From an uncultured Nitrososphaerota archaeon (lineage in GTDB: Archaea; Thermoproteota; Methanomethylicia; Methanomethylicales; Methanomethylicaceae), in the NCBI GenBank assembly GCA_964634735.1, contig CAZWMA010000001.1:73350-137349 (forward strand): a stretch of 64,000 nucleotides of DNA, read 5' to 3'. Below, one piece after another: positions 47,878 to 57,726 of this stretch (within the stretch, counting starts at the first letter, position 1; every line of letters starts with the position of its first letter). Under the pieces are notes generated by a model, which was not told the DNA's origin, did not search any database, and saw nothing but the letters and a program-made list of their open reading frames with translations. Both the position numbers and the translations under genes were made by a program.

Positions 47878-49311
47878 ATGGCCCGCTTAATTGAGTTAAT
47901 GGAGCCTATTGTGCGCCGGTTACCCGAGATACCGAAGCCGCAGCGCAAAGTGGCTCTTAAGGAGAAAGCGCTTTGGACCATCATCGCACTTTCAATTTAT
48001 TTGGTGATGTGCGAGATACAATTGTATGGGTCGCCATACCTCCAGTCGGGCTATGAGCAATACCTCCTATACAGGGTGATATTCGCATCAAAGACAGGCT
48101 CGCTCATGGAGTTGGGCATAGGTCCTATCGTTACCGCGGGCCTCATAATGCAGATTCTTGCAGGCTCAAAGATCCTTAACGTCAACATGTCCAATCCAAA
48201 GGACAGAGGCCTCTTCACAGGCACACAGAAGGTTCTCGCCATAGTGATGACCCTCTTCGAGGGTGTAGCATTCCTCCTCGGCGGGTCCTACGGCCACCCT
48301 GACATGATTACTGCTGTTCTCATTATAGCTCAGCTTGTGGCAGTCGGTGTACTTGTTCTGCTGCTGGATGAGATGATTCAGAAAGGCTGGGGTCTTGGAA
48401 GCGGCGTCAGCCTCTTCATCCTCGCAGGCGTTGCGCAGAAGGTCATGTGGAGCTCATTCTCTCCAATCGGCCCAGTTGACGAGGCAAACAGGTCGCTCGG
48501 CGCCATAGTGGCGACGGTTCAGACCCTGCTGGCTGGCGGTGATATCATGTCGGTCTTCTCAAGGTACCCGTATCCTGACATGACTGGGTTCATAACCATG
48601 CTGATTGTCTTCTTCGTCGCAGTATACCTCGAAGGCATGAAGATAGAGATCCCTGTCTCATACGCCAAGTACGGGGGCATGAGGGCAAAGATCCCGCTCA
48701 AGTTCATGTATGTCTCGAACATACCCATCATCCTCGCATCTGCACTCTTCGCAAACTTCTACTACCTCGGTCAGATGCTCTGGCAGAACCTCAACCAGGG
48801 CAACCTCAATCCTTGGATAACTTGGTTCGTCAAGATGGAGATACCTGCAACATCATCATCACCAGTGTTGATGCCAGGCTGCCTGCTCTACTACCTGCAG
48901 GCACCCAACAGCATAAGCTCAGTTATCGCCGACCCGCTGCACGCATTGCTATACCTACTGATACTTGTCGGCTTCTCAATCGTATTTGCCAAGGTCTGGG
49001 TCGAGGTATCCGGCATGACCGCGAAGAACCAGGCTGACCAGCTTGTTAACGCCGGCATGCAGATACCCGGATTCAGGAGGTCTCCGGCGATAATCGAGCA
49101 GATACTCAACAGGTACATCCCCTCGCTTACCATTATAAGCGGCATTGCGATAGGGTTGCTAGCAGGGCTCGCCGACATGCTTGGTGCCATAGGCAGCGGT
49201 ATAGGCATACTGCTCTCAGTTGGCATAATATACCAATACTACCAGATACTGGCGAAAGAGCAGCTCACAGAGACATATCCTGGCCTCGGAAAACTTCTGG
49301 GGCAGGATTAG
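47878..49311 (+). CDS. secY: Preprotein translocase subunit SecY
   Basis: GSLMELGIGPIVTAG, GLGSGVSLFI, YVSNIPII, QIPGFR. Confidence 0.97.
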   Translation: MARLIELMEPIVRRLPEIPKPQRKVALKEKALWTIIALSIYLVMCEIQLYGSPYLQSGYEQYLLYRVIFASKTGSLMELGIGPIVTAGLIMQILAGSKILNVNMSNPKDRGLFTGTQKVLAIVMTLFEGVAFLLGGSYGHPDMITAVLIIAQLVAVGVLVLLLDEMIQKGWGLGSGVSLFILAGVAQKVMWSSFSPIGPVDEANRSLGAIVATVQTLLAGGDIMSVFSRYPYPDMTGFITMLIVFFVAVYLEGMKIEIPVSYAKYGGMRAKIPLKFMYVSNIPIILASALFANFYYLGQMLWQNLNQGNLNPWITWFVKMEIPATSSSPVLMPGCLLYYLQAPNSISSVIADPLHALLYLLILVGFSIVFAKVWVEVSGMTAKNQADQLVNAGMQIPGFRRSPAIIEQILNRYIPSLTIISGIAIGLLAGLADMLGAIGSGIGILLSVGIIYQYYQILAKEQLTETYPGLGKLLGQD

Positions 49312-49451
49312 ATGTCAGCGTGGCGCTCTAGAGGGCGAGCTGCCGCATCCGCTCGCCTTAACGGATGGGTTCGGGCGGCACCGGAATATCCCGGTGCTAT
49401 AATCGCCATGCTCGCCCTGCAAAACAAAACGAGAATTGGAGTCAAAAGAAT

Positions 49452-50051
49452 ATGTCGAAAAAGACTGCGCGAAAAGGTCGGCTTGTGATAGTTACTGGAA
49501 TACCTGGCGTAGGGAAGACGACGGTCCTCAATGCCGCATTAGCTTTATGCAAAGCAAGGTCAATCGAAGTTGGTCTCGTCAATTATGGGAACGTAATGTT
49601 CGAAGAGGCTACGAAGAAAGGTCTCGTGAAAGTCAGGGATGAGATGCGGAAACTCCCTGTGAAATCCCAAGTCCAACTCCAGCTTGCTGCCGCTAAGGCA
49701 ATAGCCAAGTTCGCCGAAAAGGGGAACGTCATACTTGACACCCATATGTTCATAAATACCCCGAATGGTTTTATGCCTGGTATCCCTTCGTGGGTCGGTG
49801 ACTCCCTAAAGCCGAACTCCATTGCCCTCCTCGAAGCAGAGCCGAACGATATCTCCAAGAGACGGCAGAAGGACGCATCTATAAGGGCAAGGGAGGCTGA
49901 TAGCCCCGAGCGCATCACTGAGCACCAGATGATGGGCAGGGCGGGCGCTGCATCCCTGGCAATACAGACCGGGTGCACCATTGTAATAGCGCACAACAAA
50001 GAAGGCGCAGCTGAAGAGGCGGCCAAGGTAATAGCCGACCTGTTTGCATGA
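49452..50051 (+). CDS. adkA: Archaeal adenylate kinase
   Basis: GIPGVGKTT, RDEMRKL, LDTH. Confidence 0.94.
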   Translation: MSKKTARKGRLVIVTGIPGVGKTTVLNAALALCKARSIEVGLVNYGNVMFEEATKKGLVKVRDEMRKLPVKSQVQLQLAAAKAIAKFAEKGNVILDTHMFINTPNGFMPGIPSWVGDSLKPNSIALLEAEPNDISKRRQKDASIRAREADSPERITEHQMMGRAGAASLAIQTGCTIVIAHNKEGAAEEAAKVIADLFA

Positions 50052-50063
50052 GGTTGATGAATA

Positions 50064-50594
50064 ATGGCTTTCGAATTCATATACGATATATTCAACGGAG
50101 TAGTTGCAGCAATATCCAACGGGCTTGGGCCTTGGAACGATTATCCTTTGGCAGCCATCTTGATCCTGCTGCTAACCATAATAATGTCCGCCATATCCGC
50201 CGCCGCCACAAGGGCCCTAGTTGACGTCGATGTGATGAGGCGGAGAAATGTTGAGCTAAAAGAATGGCAGACCGCGTATTCCGCTGCAATGCGGTCAAAA
50301 GACGAAAAAGCGATTGCAAAACTCAAGAAGAAAGAACCTGCAATTAAGCGGGTACAAACCGAGATGTCAAAGGACCAGTTCAAGCCACTGATGGTTACTA
50401 TGATCCCGTTCTTCCTGTTCTATTATATCTTCGCCGCAGTATTCGGCAACAACCAGCTGATCGTCGCTTACTCGCCGCTCGACATCCCGTTCGTCGGGTC
50501 CAACTTCAACTTCTGGATATGGTACTTCATAACATCCTTCAGCGTATCCCCGCTTATCCAGCGGCTCTTTGGAATGCCAAACTACACCGACTAA
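50064..50594 (+). CDS. EMC3/TMCO1 (DUF106, Oxa1-superfamily) membrane protein
   Basis: TM-coiled coil-TM layout, FKPLMVTMIPF, WIWYFITS; synteny after adk. Confidence 0.88.
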   Translation: MAFEFIYDIFNGVVAAISNGLGPWNDYPLAAILILLLTIIMSAISAAATRALVDVDVMRRRNVELKEWQTAYSAAMRSKDEKAIAKLKKKEPAIKRVQTEMSKDQFKPLMVTMIPFFLFYYIFAAVFGNNQLIVAYSPLDIPFVGSNFNFWIWYFITSFSVSPLIQRLFGMPNYTD

Positions 50595-50690
50595 CGCAGC
50601 TCTTCAAAACCTATAGCGCCCCAATCGGGGCGGCAAAAACCTTTTTTGAATGCTCGGACTCCTCTATGTCTATAGCCAAGGTGTTCTCAA

Positions 50691-51254
50691 ATGAAATCGG
50701 CATTTCCCAAAGATCTCCTGATCACAATAAGCGGCCCTGCTGGCTCTGGAAAGTCGCACTGCGCGAACAAGCTGGCCGAGCGCTTTGGAATACCTTGCCA
50801 CTCCGCGGGGTCCGTCTTCCGGTCCATGGCTCAAGAGAAGGGCATCCCTGTTGTCGAGTTCTCCAAGATAGCAGAGTCCAACCACGAGATCGACCGCGAA
50901 GTCGACAGGCGCACCGCCGAATTAGCCAAGAAGGGTGGAGCAATACTCGAGGGGAGGCTTGTCATGTGGTTCTCCGGAGAACAGAAGAAACTCAGCTTCT
51001 ACCTCACTGCGCCATTCGATGAGAGAGTTAGGCGCATCGCTGAGAGAGAATGCATATCCCTCAAGGAAGCCTCCTCGAAGACCAAAGCGAGGGAGGCAAG
51101 CGAACGCCAGAGGTACAGGAAGATTTACTCTGTTGACATATCCGACCTTTCGCGATACGACTTTGTAGTAAACACTGCGAAGTGGGACAAGGAAGCGATA
51201 GTGGAGCTGCTAGCGTCTATTATCGCCCTTCACATCAAACCTAAGGCACCGTGA
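50691..51254 (+). CDS. cmk: Cytidylate kinase (archaeal type)
   Basis: ISGPAGSGKS, SAGSVFR, LEGRL, RYRKIY. Confidence 0.9.
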   Translation: MKSAFPKDLLITISGPAGSGKSHCANKLAERFGIPCHSAGSVFRSMAQEKGIPVVEFSKIAESNHEIDREVDRRTAELAKKGGAILEGRLVMWFSGEQKKLSFYLTAPFDERVRRIAERECISLKEASSKTKAREASERQRYRKIYSVDISDLSRYDFVVNTAKWDKEAIVELLASIIALHIKPKAP

Positions 51255-51333
51255 GGGCGAAGCCGGCATCAGGGTAAGGTTAAGTATATTGGACTGTTGA
51301 GTGTTCTTTGATGTAATGGTATGGTGTCCGATA

Positions 51334-52311
51334 TTGGAGCGCATCGAGGAGTATCTGGTCAAGAGCGAAGAGAGGTCGAGCCCCAACCATGGGTGGGCAC
51401 CTTCCGAACGTCCAATAAAGGAGTATCTCTCGACGGGTGTTATCAACCTAGACAAGCCGCCAGGTCCGAGCAGCCATGAGGTCGTAGCTTGGGTCAAGCG
51501 CTTGCTGGCGGTTAACCGCTCCGGGCACGGAGGCACGCTCGATCCGAAGGTAAGCGGCGTCTTGCCGGTGACGCTTGGTCGGGCAACCAGGATTATAGCA
51601 TTCATGATGAGATCAGGCAAGGAGTATGTCTGCCTGATGGAGCTGCATGAGGCGGTCAAAGAGGAGCGCCTGATGGAGGTGATTAAGGACTTCGTCGGCC
51701 CCATATACCAGCTCCCTCCAGTCAGGTCCGCCGTGAAGAGGGCGCTGCGAATAAGGACCATATACTCCATCGACATAATCGAAATCAACGGCAAATTCGT
51801 TCTGATGCGCGTCATCTGCGAGGCTGGTACCTATATCCGGAAGCTATGCCACGATATCGGCGAGGTCCTTGGATGCGGCGCGCACATGCGCGAGCTCCGC
51901 AGGACGAGGGCTGGTCCATTCAAGGAGACCGAGGGGATACATACCCTGCACGAGCTGCTGGATGCGCTAACCCTCTGGAAGTCTACGGGAGACGAGTCTT
52001 TGCTGAGGGCAATTGTCAGGCCTATAGAGGAAGCTATTCGCCCATTCCCCAAGGTCGTCGTGCGGGACTCTGCGGTTGATGCGTTCTGCCACGGCGCGAA
52101 CTTGGCATCCCCCGGGCTGCTCAAGCTTAACTCATCTATCAAAGCGGGAGACGGCGTCTGCGTAATGACCGGGAAGGGGGAGCTTGTCGGCCTTGGCAAG
52201 GCAAGGATGTCCGCTCAAGAGATGATGAAGGTCGACCACGGCATACTAGTTGACAACGAGCGCGTCGTAATGGATTTAGGAACATACCCCAAGGGCTGGT
52301 CCGTCAAGTGA
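51334..52311 (+). CDS. cbf5: H/ACA RNP pseudouridine synthase Cbf5
   Basis: DKPPGPSSHEV, GHGGTLDP, GTYIRKLCHD, PUA domain; TTG 51334 chosen, GTG 51301 possible. Confidence 0.95.
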   Translation: MERIEEYLVKSEERSSPNHGWAPSERPIKEYLSTGVINLDKPPGPSSHEVVAWVKRLLAVNRSGHGGTLDPKVSGVLPVTLGRATRIIAFMMRSGKEYVCLMELHEAVKEERLMEVIKDFVGPIYQLPPVRSAVKRALRIRTIYSIDIIEINGKFVLMRVICEAGTYIRKLCHDIGEVLGCGAHMRELRRTRAGPFKETEGIHTLHELLDALTLWKSTGDESLLRAIVRPIEEAIRPFPKVVVRDSAVDAFCHGANLASPGLLKLNSSIKAGDGVCVMTGKGELVGLGKARMSAQEMMKVDHGILVDNERVVMDLGTYPKGWSVK

Positions 52312-52943
52312 AAGGGGCGGAAGTCAAGGACGATAATCCTCACACTCAGCACTACTATTCCAAATCCCCGCGTCGCTCCAACAAGAGTTATATGATAAAG
52401 TTCACCGTGAAAGGGCAGATAATCGAGCTGGCCAGTTCAGGCGGAGTCTTCTCAAAGGGAAAGGTCGATCTGGGGACCCAGATACTTCTAGGGAGCATTA
52501 CCCTTCCAGAACACGGCAACGCGCTTGACCTTGGGTGCGGTTACGGCGTAATCGGTATAACGGTTGCAAAGATGCGACCGAGGATGAGGGTGACCCTAGT
52601 TGACGTGAACCCCGTCGCAGTGAAACTTGCTGCCCAAAACATAGAGCGCAACGCGGTTGGCAATGCCGTGGCGATGGCTAGCGATCTATATTCCGCATTG
52701 GCCGACTCATGCTTCGACATAATCATCTCAAACCCTCCGCTCGCTGCCGGTTATGCCGTCATATTTCCAATGATTGAGGGTGCAGCCTCCCACCTTAATG
52801 AAGGCGGTCAGCTTGTCTTCGTGCTTAGGAAGGGCGTCAACGCAATTCCAAAGAAGATGGAAGTGGTCTTTGGGAACGTTGAGCTTGTATCGAGGAAGAG
52901 CGGCTACCGCGTCTTCAGGTCCGTAAAAAGACCCGCAGCTTAA
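52308..52943 (+). CDS. Class I SAM methyltransferase (RsmC/MTS-like)
   Basis: GVFS, LDLGCGYG, ISNPP. Confidence 0.88.
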   Translation: MKGAEVKDDNPHTQHYYSKSPRRSNKSYMIKFTVKGQIIELASSGGVFSKGKVDLGTQILLGSITLPEHGNALDLGCGYGVIGITVAKMRPRMRVTLVDVNPVAVKLAAQNIERNAVGNAVAMASDLYSALADSCFDIIISNPPLAAGYAVIFPMIEGAASHLNEGGQLVFVLRKGVNAIPKKMEVVFGNVELVSRKSGYRVFRSVKRPAA

Positions 52944-53020
52944 GACTGTACGCCCATTGCCAAAAAAAGAAAAAGCACAAAAAGAAGTACTTGCTGATTC
53001 CTAAGAAGAGCGTTGCTCAA

Positions 53021-53148
53021 GCCGAAGTATCCTAGCCTGGTAGGGAGCAATCTTAAGAAGGCTCATGCCTGGAGAACAGGCTAGTGCCTGCCAAGTCAGC
53101 TTGTGACTCGTCAGGGTCTCGGGGGTTCGAATCCCCCCTTCGGCGCCA
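53021..53148 (+). tRNA. tRNA-Ser(GGA) with two introns: 29/30 (53051-53066) and 37/38 (53075-53097)
   Basis: Removing both restores CAAGC-CT-GGA-GA-GCTTG; the first intron forms a strict BHB (AGG/CCT, GAGC/GCTC, AAT and ATG bulges); long variable arm; CCA encoded. Confidence 0.9.
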
Positions 53149-53295
53149 CTATCTATCTGCTAACAATCATAATAATCATCAACGTTGCCCTGCCTGACCG
53201 GCTCTCACCAACCATTGCACTTGGCTTTTCTGCGCCGTTAGAGTTAAATAGTATTATATTGTTTCTTATTTGCCTCGAAGAAGGGGATGCGTCTA

Positions 53296-53784
53296 TTGAG
53301 TTCATCGTTTAGACATATTGTCCGAATAATTGATGCGGACCTGAAAGGAGAAGATAAGGTAGCGTACGCTTTGAGCAACATCAGGGGCGTGGGCATCAAT
53401 ATGGCATATGCCATTACCCGGACATGCGGCGTCGACCCGGAGGGTCGAGTTGGCTTGCTTCAGGATAGCGATCTCAAGAGGTTAGAAGAGTCGCTCACGA
53501 CGATCCAGGGTAAGTTCCCGTCTCATATGCTCAACAGAAGGAAAGATCCTTTTACTGGTAAAGATATGCACTTACTCGGCTCAGATCTGGTAGTAGGTAT
53601 GAAGTCCGACATTGACCTCATGAGGAAATCCAAGTCTTGGAAGGGTGTAAGACACTCCTTGGGCCTCAAAGTCCGCGGGCAGTGCACAAGGACTACTGGC
53701 AGGTTTGGCACCGCAGTAGGTGTTTCAAAGAAATCTGCGGTTCAGCAAGCCCAGAAGGCTACTGCCCCCGCAGAAACAAAGTGA
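53296..53784 (+). CDS. rps13: 30S ribosomal protein uS13
   Basis: FRHIVRI, IRGVG, RHSLGLKVRGQ; TTG start (ATG 53287 alternative). Confidence 0.96.
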   Translation: MSSSFRHIVRIIDADLKGEDKVAYALSNIRGVGINMAYAITRTCGVDPEGRVGLLQDSDLKRLEESLTTIQGKFPSHMLNRRKDPFTGKDMHLLGSDLVVGMKSDIDLMRKSKSWKGVRHSLGLKVRGQCTRTTGRFGTAVGVSKKSAVQQAQKATAPAETK

Positions 53785-53794
53785 GGTTTTCTGA

Positions 53795-54310
53795 ATGGGT
53801 GATCCTAAGAAAAGCAGACGACTGTGGCAAGGGCCAAGACATCCTTGGAAGAAGGAGAACTTGGAGAAAGAGCTCGCCTTACTCGGCAAATTCGGTCTGA
53901 GGAATAAAAGGGAACTCTGGTTAGCTACTTCGGTTTTAAAGTCCTACAGGGCTCAAGCAAGTTCCATATTGGGTCTTGGGGACGAAGAGAGGATAATGCG
54001 CGAAAAAGACCTTATCAAGAAGCTCTCAAACTTGGGTCTTTTTGGTGAGGAGTCTGTTCTCGACAACGTCTTGGGTCTGAGTGTTGATGATATTCTGGAG
54101 CGCAGGCTTCAGACCGTAGTTCTCAAACTCGGCTTAGCGCACACGCCGCACCAGTCTAGACAACTTATTGTTCACGGTCATATAAAGATCGGCAATAGAC
54201 GCGTGACGACGCCTGGATACATGGTGAGCAGGAACGAGGAGCCGCAGATAACCTGCAACCTCGCTCTCGCGGCAGTAACTCCTGAACCAGCCGCAGCAAA
54301 GGGGGCATAA
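53795..54310 (+). CDS. rps4: 30S ribosomal protein uS4
   Basis: MGDPKK, GLRNKRELW, LERRLQT, HGHI. Confidence 0.96.
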   Translation: MGDPKKSRRLWQGPRHPWKKENLEKELALLGKFGLRNKRELWLATSVLKSYRAQASSILGLGDEERIMREKDLIKKLSNLGLFGEESVLDNVLGLSVDDILERRLQTVVLKLGLAHTPHQSRQLIVHGHIKIGNRRVTTPGYMVSRNEEPQITCNLALAAVTPEPAAAKGA

Positions 54311-54313
54311 TGA

Positions 54314-54715
54314 TTGTCCAGATTTGACAAAAGCATGAAATGGGGCTTAGCTAACATATACAGCTCATACAATAACACTATTGTCCACATTACAGACCTC
54401 ACAGGCGCTGAGACTGTCGCATTCCAATCTGGAGGGCGAATCGTTAAGTCAGACCGCGAGAAGCCATCTCCGTACGCCGCAATGGTTTCAGCCACGAGGG
54501 CAGCGCAAGAGGCGCTGGAGAAGGGTATCAGCGGGATACACATCAAGATCAGAGCTCCGGGCGGACACAAGAGCAAGACCCCTGGCCCAGGCGCACAGGC
54601 ATCTATCAGGGCGCTCGCACGAGCCGGGATGATAATAGGAAGGATAGAAGACGTTACCCCTGTCCCTCACGACACCACAAGAAGACCTGGTGGCAGGAGA
54701 GGAAGGAGGGTTTAA
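54314..54715 (+). CDS. rps11: 30S ribosomal protein uS11
   Basis: [29 protein letters not shown]. Confidence 0.97.
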   Translation: MSRFDKSMKWGLANIYSSYNNTIVHITDLTGAETVAFQSGGRIVKSDREKPSPYAAMVSATRAAQEALEKGISGIHIKIRAPGGHKSKTPGPGAQASIRALARAGMIIGRIEDVTPVPHDTTRRPGGRRGRRV

Positions 54716-54759
54716 TCGAGAAGGCTTAAATATCCTTCTCCATTTTTCAAATTAAAATC

Positions 54760-55581
54760 ATGGAGGCATGTTCCGTGGACGTTGATATTCTCAGCACGAA
54801 TGATGGGCAGCTCAAATTGATAGTTAAGGCAGTTGACCCTACATTCATGAATGCGCTTAGGCGAATCATAATGGCTGAGGTGCCTGTAGCATCGATCGAC
54901 ATGCTCTACATTATGGAGAATACTGGCGTCCTATATGATGAGATCATCGCCCACAGAATGGGATATATCCCTCTGAAAGGCGGTGAGGGTCTAATATTCA
55001 CAAAGGATTGCGACTGCAAAGGCCAAGGATGCCCGAGGTGCGAGGCAATCCTCACGATGAAAGTTACCGCAACCGAGGACAACTTCAAGGTTCTCTCAGG
55101 TAGGCTGAAGGCAGAAGGTTCTGTCTTTGTTGCCAATAACGACATTCCGATTGCAGAGCTGAATGCCGGCCAGAAGATAGAGCTGGAAGCAAGGGCGAGG
55201 CTCGGAACAGGAAAGGATCATGCGAAGTGGCAGCCCGTCTCTGTAGCGGTTGTCAGTTATGAACCGCTGATAAAGATAGACCAGAAGAAATGCGACCTTT
55301 GCGCACTGTGTATCGATGAGTGCCCGAAAAAGATACTGGCTATCAAGGAAAAGCGGCTGGTCGTGACCTCGACGCTATCCTGCTCGCTCTGCAAGGTTTG
55401 CGAGAGCGTCTGCCCGAAAGACGCAATCAAGGTATCTCATAACGAATCAAATGCAGTATTGATGTTGGAGAGCGCAGGCGGACCTACGAACGAGGAGCTT
55501 GTATTTGCCGCGTCAGATGTTCTGTCCAACAAATGTTCAAGCTTAAGACAAGCATTAAAAGAATTACCGGAGGCAGCGTAA
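54760..55581 (+). CDS. rpoD: RNA polymerase subunit D (Rpo3) with ferredoxin-like domain
   Basis: NALRRIIMAEVP, DEIIAHRMG, GKDHAKWQP; two CxxCxxCxxxCP motifs. Confidence 0.96.
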   Translation: MEACSVDVDILSTNDGQLKLIVKAVDPTFMNALRRIIMAEVPVASIDMLYIMENTGVLYDEIIAHRMGYIPLKGGEGLIFTKDCDCKGQGCPRCEAILTMKVTATEDNFKVLSGRLKAEGSVFVANNDIPIAELNAGQKIELEARARLGTGKDHAKWQPVSVAVVSYEPLIKIDQKKCDLCALCIDECPKKILAIKEKRLVVTSTLSCSLCKVCESVCPKDAIKVSHNESNAVLMLESAGGPTNEELVFAASDVLSNKCSSLRQALKELPEAA

Positions 55582-55947
55582 ATGGCAAAAAGAACACTAC
55601 CTACAAATCCGAAGACAAGGCGCCTGATCAAGCTACTCAGGAAGAGTTCTAGGTCAAACGATTCAACGCTATGGCGAAGCCTGTCGGATTCTCTTTCAAC
55701 GCCAACAAGGCAGAGGATCTCGTTAAATGTAAGCAAGATTGAAAAGCTCGCAGAGGAAGGAGACACCGTTGTGGTCCCGGGGAAGGTCTTGGGATTCGGC
55801 AACATAAGCAAGAAGGTTAATGTTGCTGCGCTCTCGTTCAGCCAGTCCGCAAGGGTAAAGATAGCTGAGACCGGCGGCAAGGCGCTCACTATCGAAGCGC
55901 TGATCTCCATGAATCCGCATGGAAAGAATGTTAAGATATTGAGGTGA
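55582..55947 (+). CDS. rpl18e: 50S ribosomal protein eL18
   Basis: VVVPGKVLG, VAALSFS. Confidence 0.95.
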   Translation: MAKRTLPTNPKTRRLIKLLRKSSRSNDSTLWRSLSDSLSTPTRQRISLNVSKIEKLAEEGDTVVVPGKVLGFGNISKKVNVAALSFSQSARVKIAETGGKALTIEALISMNPHGKNVKILR

Positions 55948-55952
55948 ACCTG

Positions 55953-56390
55953 ATGTCCGATGTTGTTTATATTGACGGCACAAATCTTCGGTTTGGCAGG
56001 GTAGCTTCCAAAGTAGCGAAGCGCCTGATCAACGGCGAAAACGTAGTCGTAGTGAATGTTGAAAAGATGGCTGTTTCAGGCAGCAGGGCTTCTGTAATGA
56101 GCAAATACGAGCGATGGATGCTGCTCACTACTCACAAGAACCCTGATAAAGTTGGTATCAAGCAGCACCGTTCCCCGGACAGGATGTTGTTCTTCTCGAT
56201 AAGGAGCATGCTTCCCAAGTCGCCTACGGGGAAAGATGCGCTCAAGAGGCTTAAGGTTTACATCGGCGTGCCCGAGGAGCTCAAGTCCGTAAAGCTGCAG
56301 AGCATAGATGAGGCTAATGTAAAGACATTGAGGGGCAACTACATGCTTTTGGATGAGGTTTCAAAGACTTTAGGGTGGGCTGTTAAATGA
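55953..56390 (+). CDS. rpl13: 50S ribosomal protein uL13
   Basis: GRVASKVAK, RSMLP, LKVYIGVP. Confidence 0.95.
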   Translation: MSDVVYIDGTNLRFGRVASKVAKRLINGENVVVVNVEKMAVSGSRASVMSKYERWMLLTTHKNPDKVGIKQHRSPDRMLFFSIRSMLPKSPTGKDALKRLKVYIGVPEELKSVKLQSIDEANVKTLRGNYMLLDEVSKTLGWAVK

Positions 56391-56791
56391 GCGAGAAGCT
56401 AGTTATTGTAAGCGGGAAGAGGAAGACTGCGGTGGCCCGAGCTACCGCAACAAACGGCAACGGTAAGGTCTTCATAAATAATGTTCCATTGGAAATATTC
56501 CAGCCGATGATTGCCAAGCTCAAGATACAGGAGCCGATATTCGTGGTTGGGGAAGAGTTCTCCAGCAAGGTCGATGTCGACGTAATGATCCAAGGCGGCG
56601 GTTTCATGGCCCAGGCTGAAGCGGCGCGCGTCGTAGTCTCCAACGCACTCTCTGAATTCGGTGGCGAAGCAGTGCGGAGGAAGTTGCTTGAGTACGACCG
56701 AAGGATGCTCGTCGATGACCCAAGAAGGACCGAGCCAAAGAAATTCGGTGGGCACAGCGCAAGGAGAAGGAAGCAAAAATCTTACAGATGA
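56387..56791 (+). CDS. rps9: 30S ribosomal protein uS9
   Basis: GKRKTAVARA, GGGFMAQA, QKSYR. Confidence 0.97.
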   Translation: MSEKLVIVSGKRKTAVARATATNGNGKVFINNVPLEIFQPMIAKLKIQEPIFVVGEEFSSKVDVDVMIQGGGFMAQAEAARVVVSNALSEFGGEAVRRKLLEYDRRMLVDDPRRTEPKKFGGHSARRRKQKSYR

Positions 56792-56801
56792 GTGACATCC
56801 A

Positions 56802-57020
56802 ATGATCATCCCTGTTCGCTGCTTTACCTGCGGCAAAGTGATAGCCGACAAATGGGAGCAGTTTAAATCTGAAGTTTCGAAGGGGGAGAACCCTGCTGTC
56901 GTGCTCGATCGCTTAGGCGTTAAGAGGTACTGCTGCAGGAGGATGTTTCTGTCGCATGTTGATCTAGTTGAGGAAGCACTCAAGTTTTCTGTCAACACGA
57001 AAGAAGAAGGAAAAATATAA
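56802..57020 (+). CDS. rpoN: RNA polymerase subunit N (Rpo10)
   Basis: [18 protein letters not shown]. Confidence 0.97.
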   Translation: MIIPVRCFTCGKVIADKWEQFKSEVSKGENPAVVLDRLGVKRYCCRRMFLSHVDLVEEALKFSVNTKEEGKI

Positions 57021-57072
57021 AAGGTAAGGTAGAATTTTGAGAGATGCATTACAATCATAAGGTGGAACTTTA

Positions 57073-57726
57073 ATGGCAACACTCGAAACCGCCGACCTGC
57101 TCATACCCCTTGAGGTTTATCTCGCAGCCGGCATTCATATCGGCACTCATGTGAAGACAAACGACATGAAGCCATTCATTTACAGGGTAAGGCCAGATGG
57201 TTTGTATGTACTTGACGTAAGAAAAACCGACGAAAGGATCAGGACTGCTTCAAAGTTCATAGCAAGATTCAAGGCTGAGAAGGTATTCGCATCTTCAGCG
57301 AGGCAGTACGGCTTCAAGCCAGTCGACAAGTTCACATCAATGATCGGCGGTAAAGCGCTTACAGGCAGGTTCATACCGGGCACATTCACGAATCCCAAGC
57401 TCTCCAATTACGCGGAGCCGGACCTCCTGATAGTGACCGATCCGCGCGCGGACTGGCAGGCAATGGTTGAGGCAGCAGAGGTCGGCATACCCGTCATGGG
57501 ATTCTGCGACACAGACAACCGGTCTCAGCTTATGGACTTGGTCATACCAATCAACAACAAAGGAAGGAAATCGCTTGCGCTCGCTTATTGGCTCTTGACC
57601 CGGCAGATTCTCCGGGAGAGAGGCGAACTCGGCCCGACGGCTGACCTCCCAGCAACGCTTGAGGACTTCGAGTCCAAGATGCTCGTTGCCGAAGAGGAGT
57701 ATGGCGAGTATGAACTCGAGGGATAG
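57073..57726 (+). CDS. rps2: 30S ribosomal protein uS2
   Basis: [27 protein letters not shown]. Confidence 0.97.
   Translation: MATLETADLLIPLEVYLAAGIHIGTHVKTNDMKPFIYRVRPDGLYVLDVRKTDERIRTASKFIARFKAEKVFASSARQYGFKPVDKFTSMIGGKALTGRFIPGTFTNPKLSNYAEPDLLIVTDPRADWQAMVEAAEVGIPVMGFCDTDNRSQLMDLVIPINNKGRKSLALAYWLLTRQILRERGELGPTADLPATLEDFESKMLVAEEEYGEYELEG

Noticed and set aside
49317..49412. 5S rRNA-like words on the minus strand (ATAGC...CCGAACCC...GTTAAG)
   Set aside because: 5S helices II and III cannot form, the length is short, and G-U pairs favour the plus strand
51334..52311. BHB mRNA intron in cbf5, as in some Crenarchaeota
   Set aside because: The reading frame is continuous through the conserved N-terminal motifs with no insertion
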